From Dipteris shenzhenensis (lineage: Eukaryota): a DNA stretch of 64,000 bases. Shown piece after piece: positions 63,293 to 64,000 of this stretch. Each line of letters opens with the position of its first letter. The first letter of the stretch is position 1. The stretch lies in NCBI GenBank assembly GCA_047967505.1, contig CM106538.1. One strand, written 5' to 3'. The translations under genes were made by a program, and so were the position numbers. Below the pieces are notes generated by a model. That model was given only the letters and a program-made list of their open reading frames with translations. It did no database searches and had not been told where the DNA came from.

Positions 63293-64000
63293 ATGGGATC
63301 ACGTCACTCATCCGATGAGTACGGACAGCCTCGCAGGAGAAGAGCTCATGATCTTTATGCTCCAGAGGACTTTGATTCCTCTCAGGCGACTACCCTGAGG
63401 ACTACCCCTGGTCCGACTCCTCTCGGACCTAGCACTACGACTACCCCTGGTCTAACTCCTCTTCCACATAGCACTGCGACTACCCCTCGGGGAACTCCTT
63501 TGCTAGCCGTGCATGGCTTTGTTGGGAGTCCCGACGAGTTTTTAGCATAGATGAGCGATGAGGAGGCAACGAGATTCTTCTCTCTGCTATCTCAGAGGAC
63601 CTCAGAAATTCCCTCCCTTACACTGACGGGTGGACGTACTGCCCAGCCGTCCCCTCATGCCCCTTCGACTGCGGGGTCATCACCTGCGCATGTGTCTTGC
63701 AAGGGAAGGAAGAGTAGGACAGGCAGCTCATGTTGTGCTGACTCGGGAGATGTAGACAAGTCAGCACACTCATGCTCCTTTAGGTCTCCACTTGGTCTGG
63801 AGACACAGTATTAGTCAGGTCCCTTTCCCTCTCCTACTCCCACTACTACTCCTCGCTCTGGAAGCGCTCGCGCAGCTTCCACTCCTTCTGACTCTGCTAC
63901 CGTTAGTCCTCCTTACTCATTAGGGATCCTCTCCTATCAAATCACAGCTACCGGAGAGATAATAGAAGATAGAAAGGGCAAAGCAGTGAGGGCCGCCATG
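63293..64000 (+). pseudogene. First coding exon of the divergent second CACTA gene (TnpA-like, inferred), S/T/P-rich, two in-frame TAG stops
   Basis: Donor CAG|GTAAG at 58949, acceptor TTAG at 63290, ATG at 63293. The frame is open to the window end except TAG at 63548 and 63812. Confidence 0.5.

Larger units (their letters stand above)
53288..64000 (-). mobile_element. CACTA element copy B, running off the window end
   Basis: CACTACTACAC at 53288, subterminal palindromes at 53380-53475, TnpD on minus, internal repeat cluster at 58270-58370, and a divergent second gene. Confidence 0.9.

Overview
Repeat-dense eukaryotic DNA from a land plant (plant-type TTTAGGG telomere repeats, GT-AG introns, CACTA/Ty3/copia elements; a fern or other non-seed plant is my guess, not demonstrable here). 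Most of the window is nested transposons inside a segmental duplication: copy A is 1-~27292 and copy B is 47027-~59104, so each copy supplies empty sites for insertions in the other. The most striking feature is a 19,102-bp DNA transposon (3404-22505) with 26-bp TIRs and a 4-bp TGTT target-site duplication, inserted into the last exon of a CACTA transposase. Its right arm carries a decayed Sola-like DDD transposase with TNP1-like N-terminal modules. Its left arm carries a large divergent cargo gene with a ParB/DGQH-like region and two tandem Ulp1/C48-protease-like domains. Its centre holds a palindrome-studded pyrimidine tract and back-to-back G-rich arrays, (CCCACT)n then (TTTAGGG)n. Also present: three CACTA elements (one delimited by a TGA TSD and invaded by a Ty3/gypsy element with an extra RNase H upstream of gag), a 3.4-kb CACAA-TIR element, a 447-bp MITE with an 8-bp TSD, a gag-only copia-type LTR element, a palindromic satellite, and one candidate host gene encoding a secreted SGP-motif peptide precursor (45757-46215, GTG start). 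All protein-family assignments are by-eye motif recognition, not database searches.
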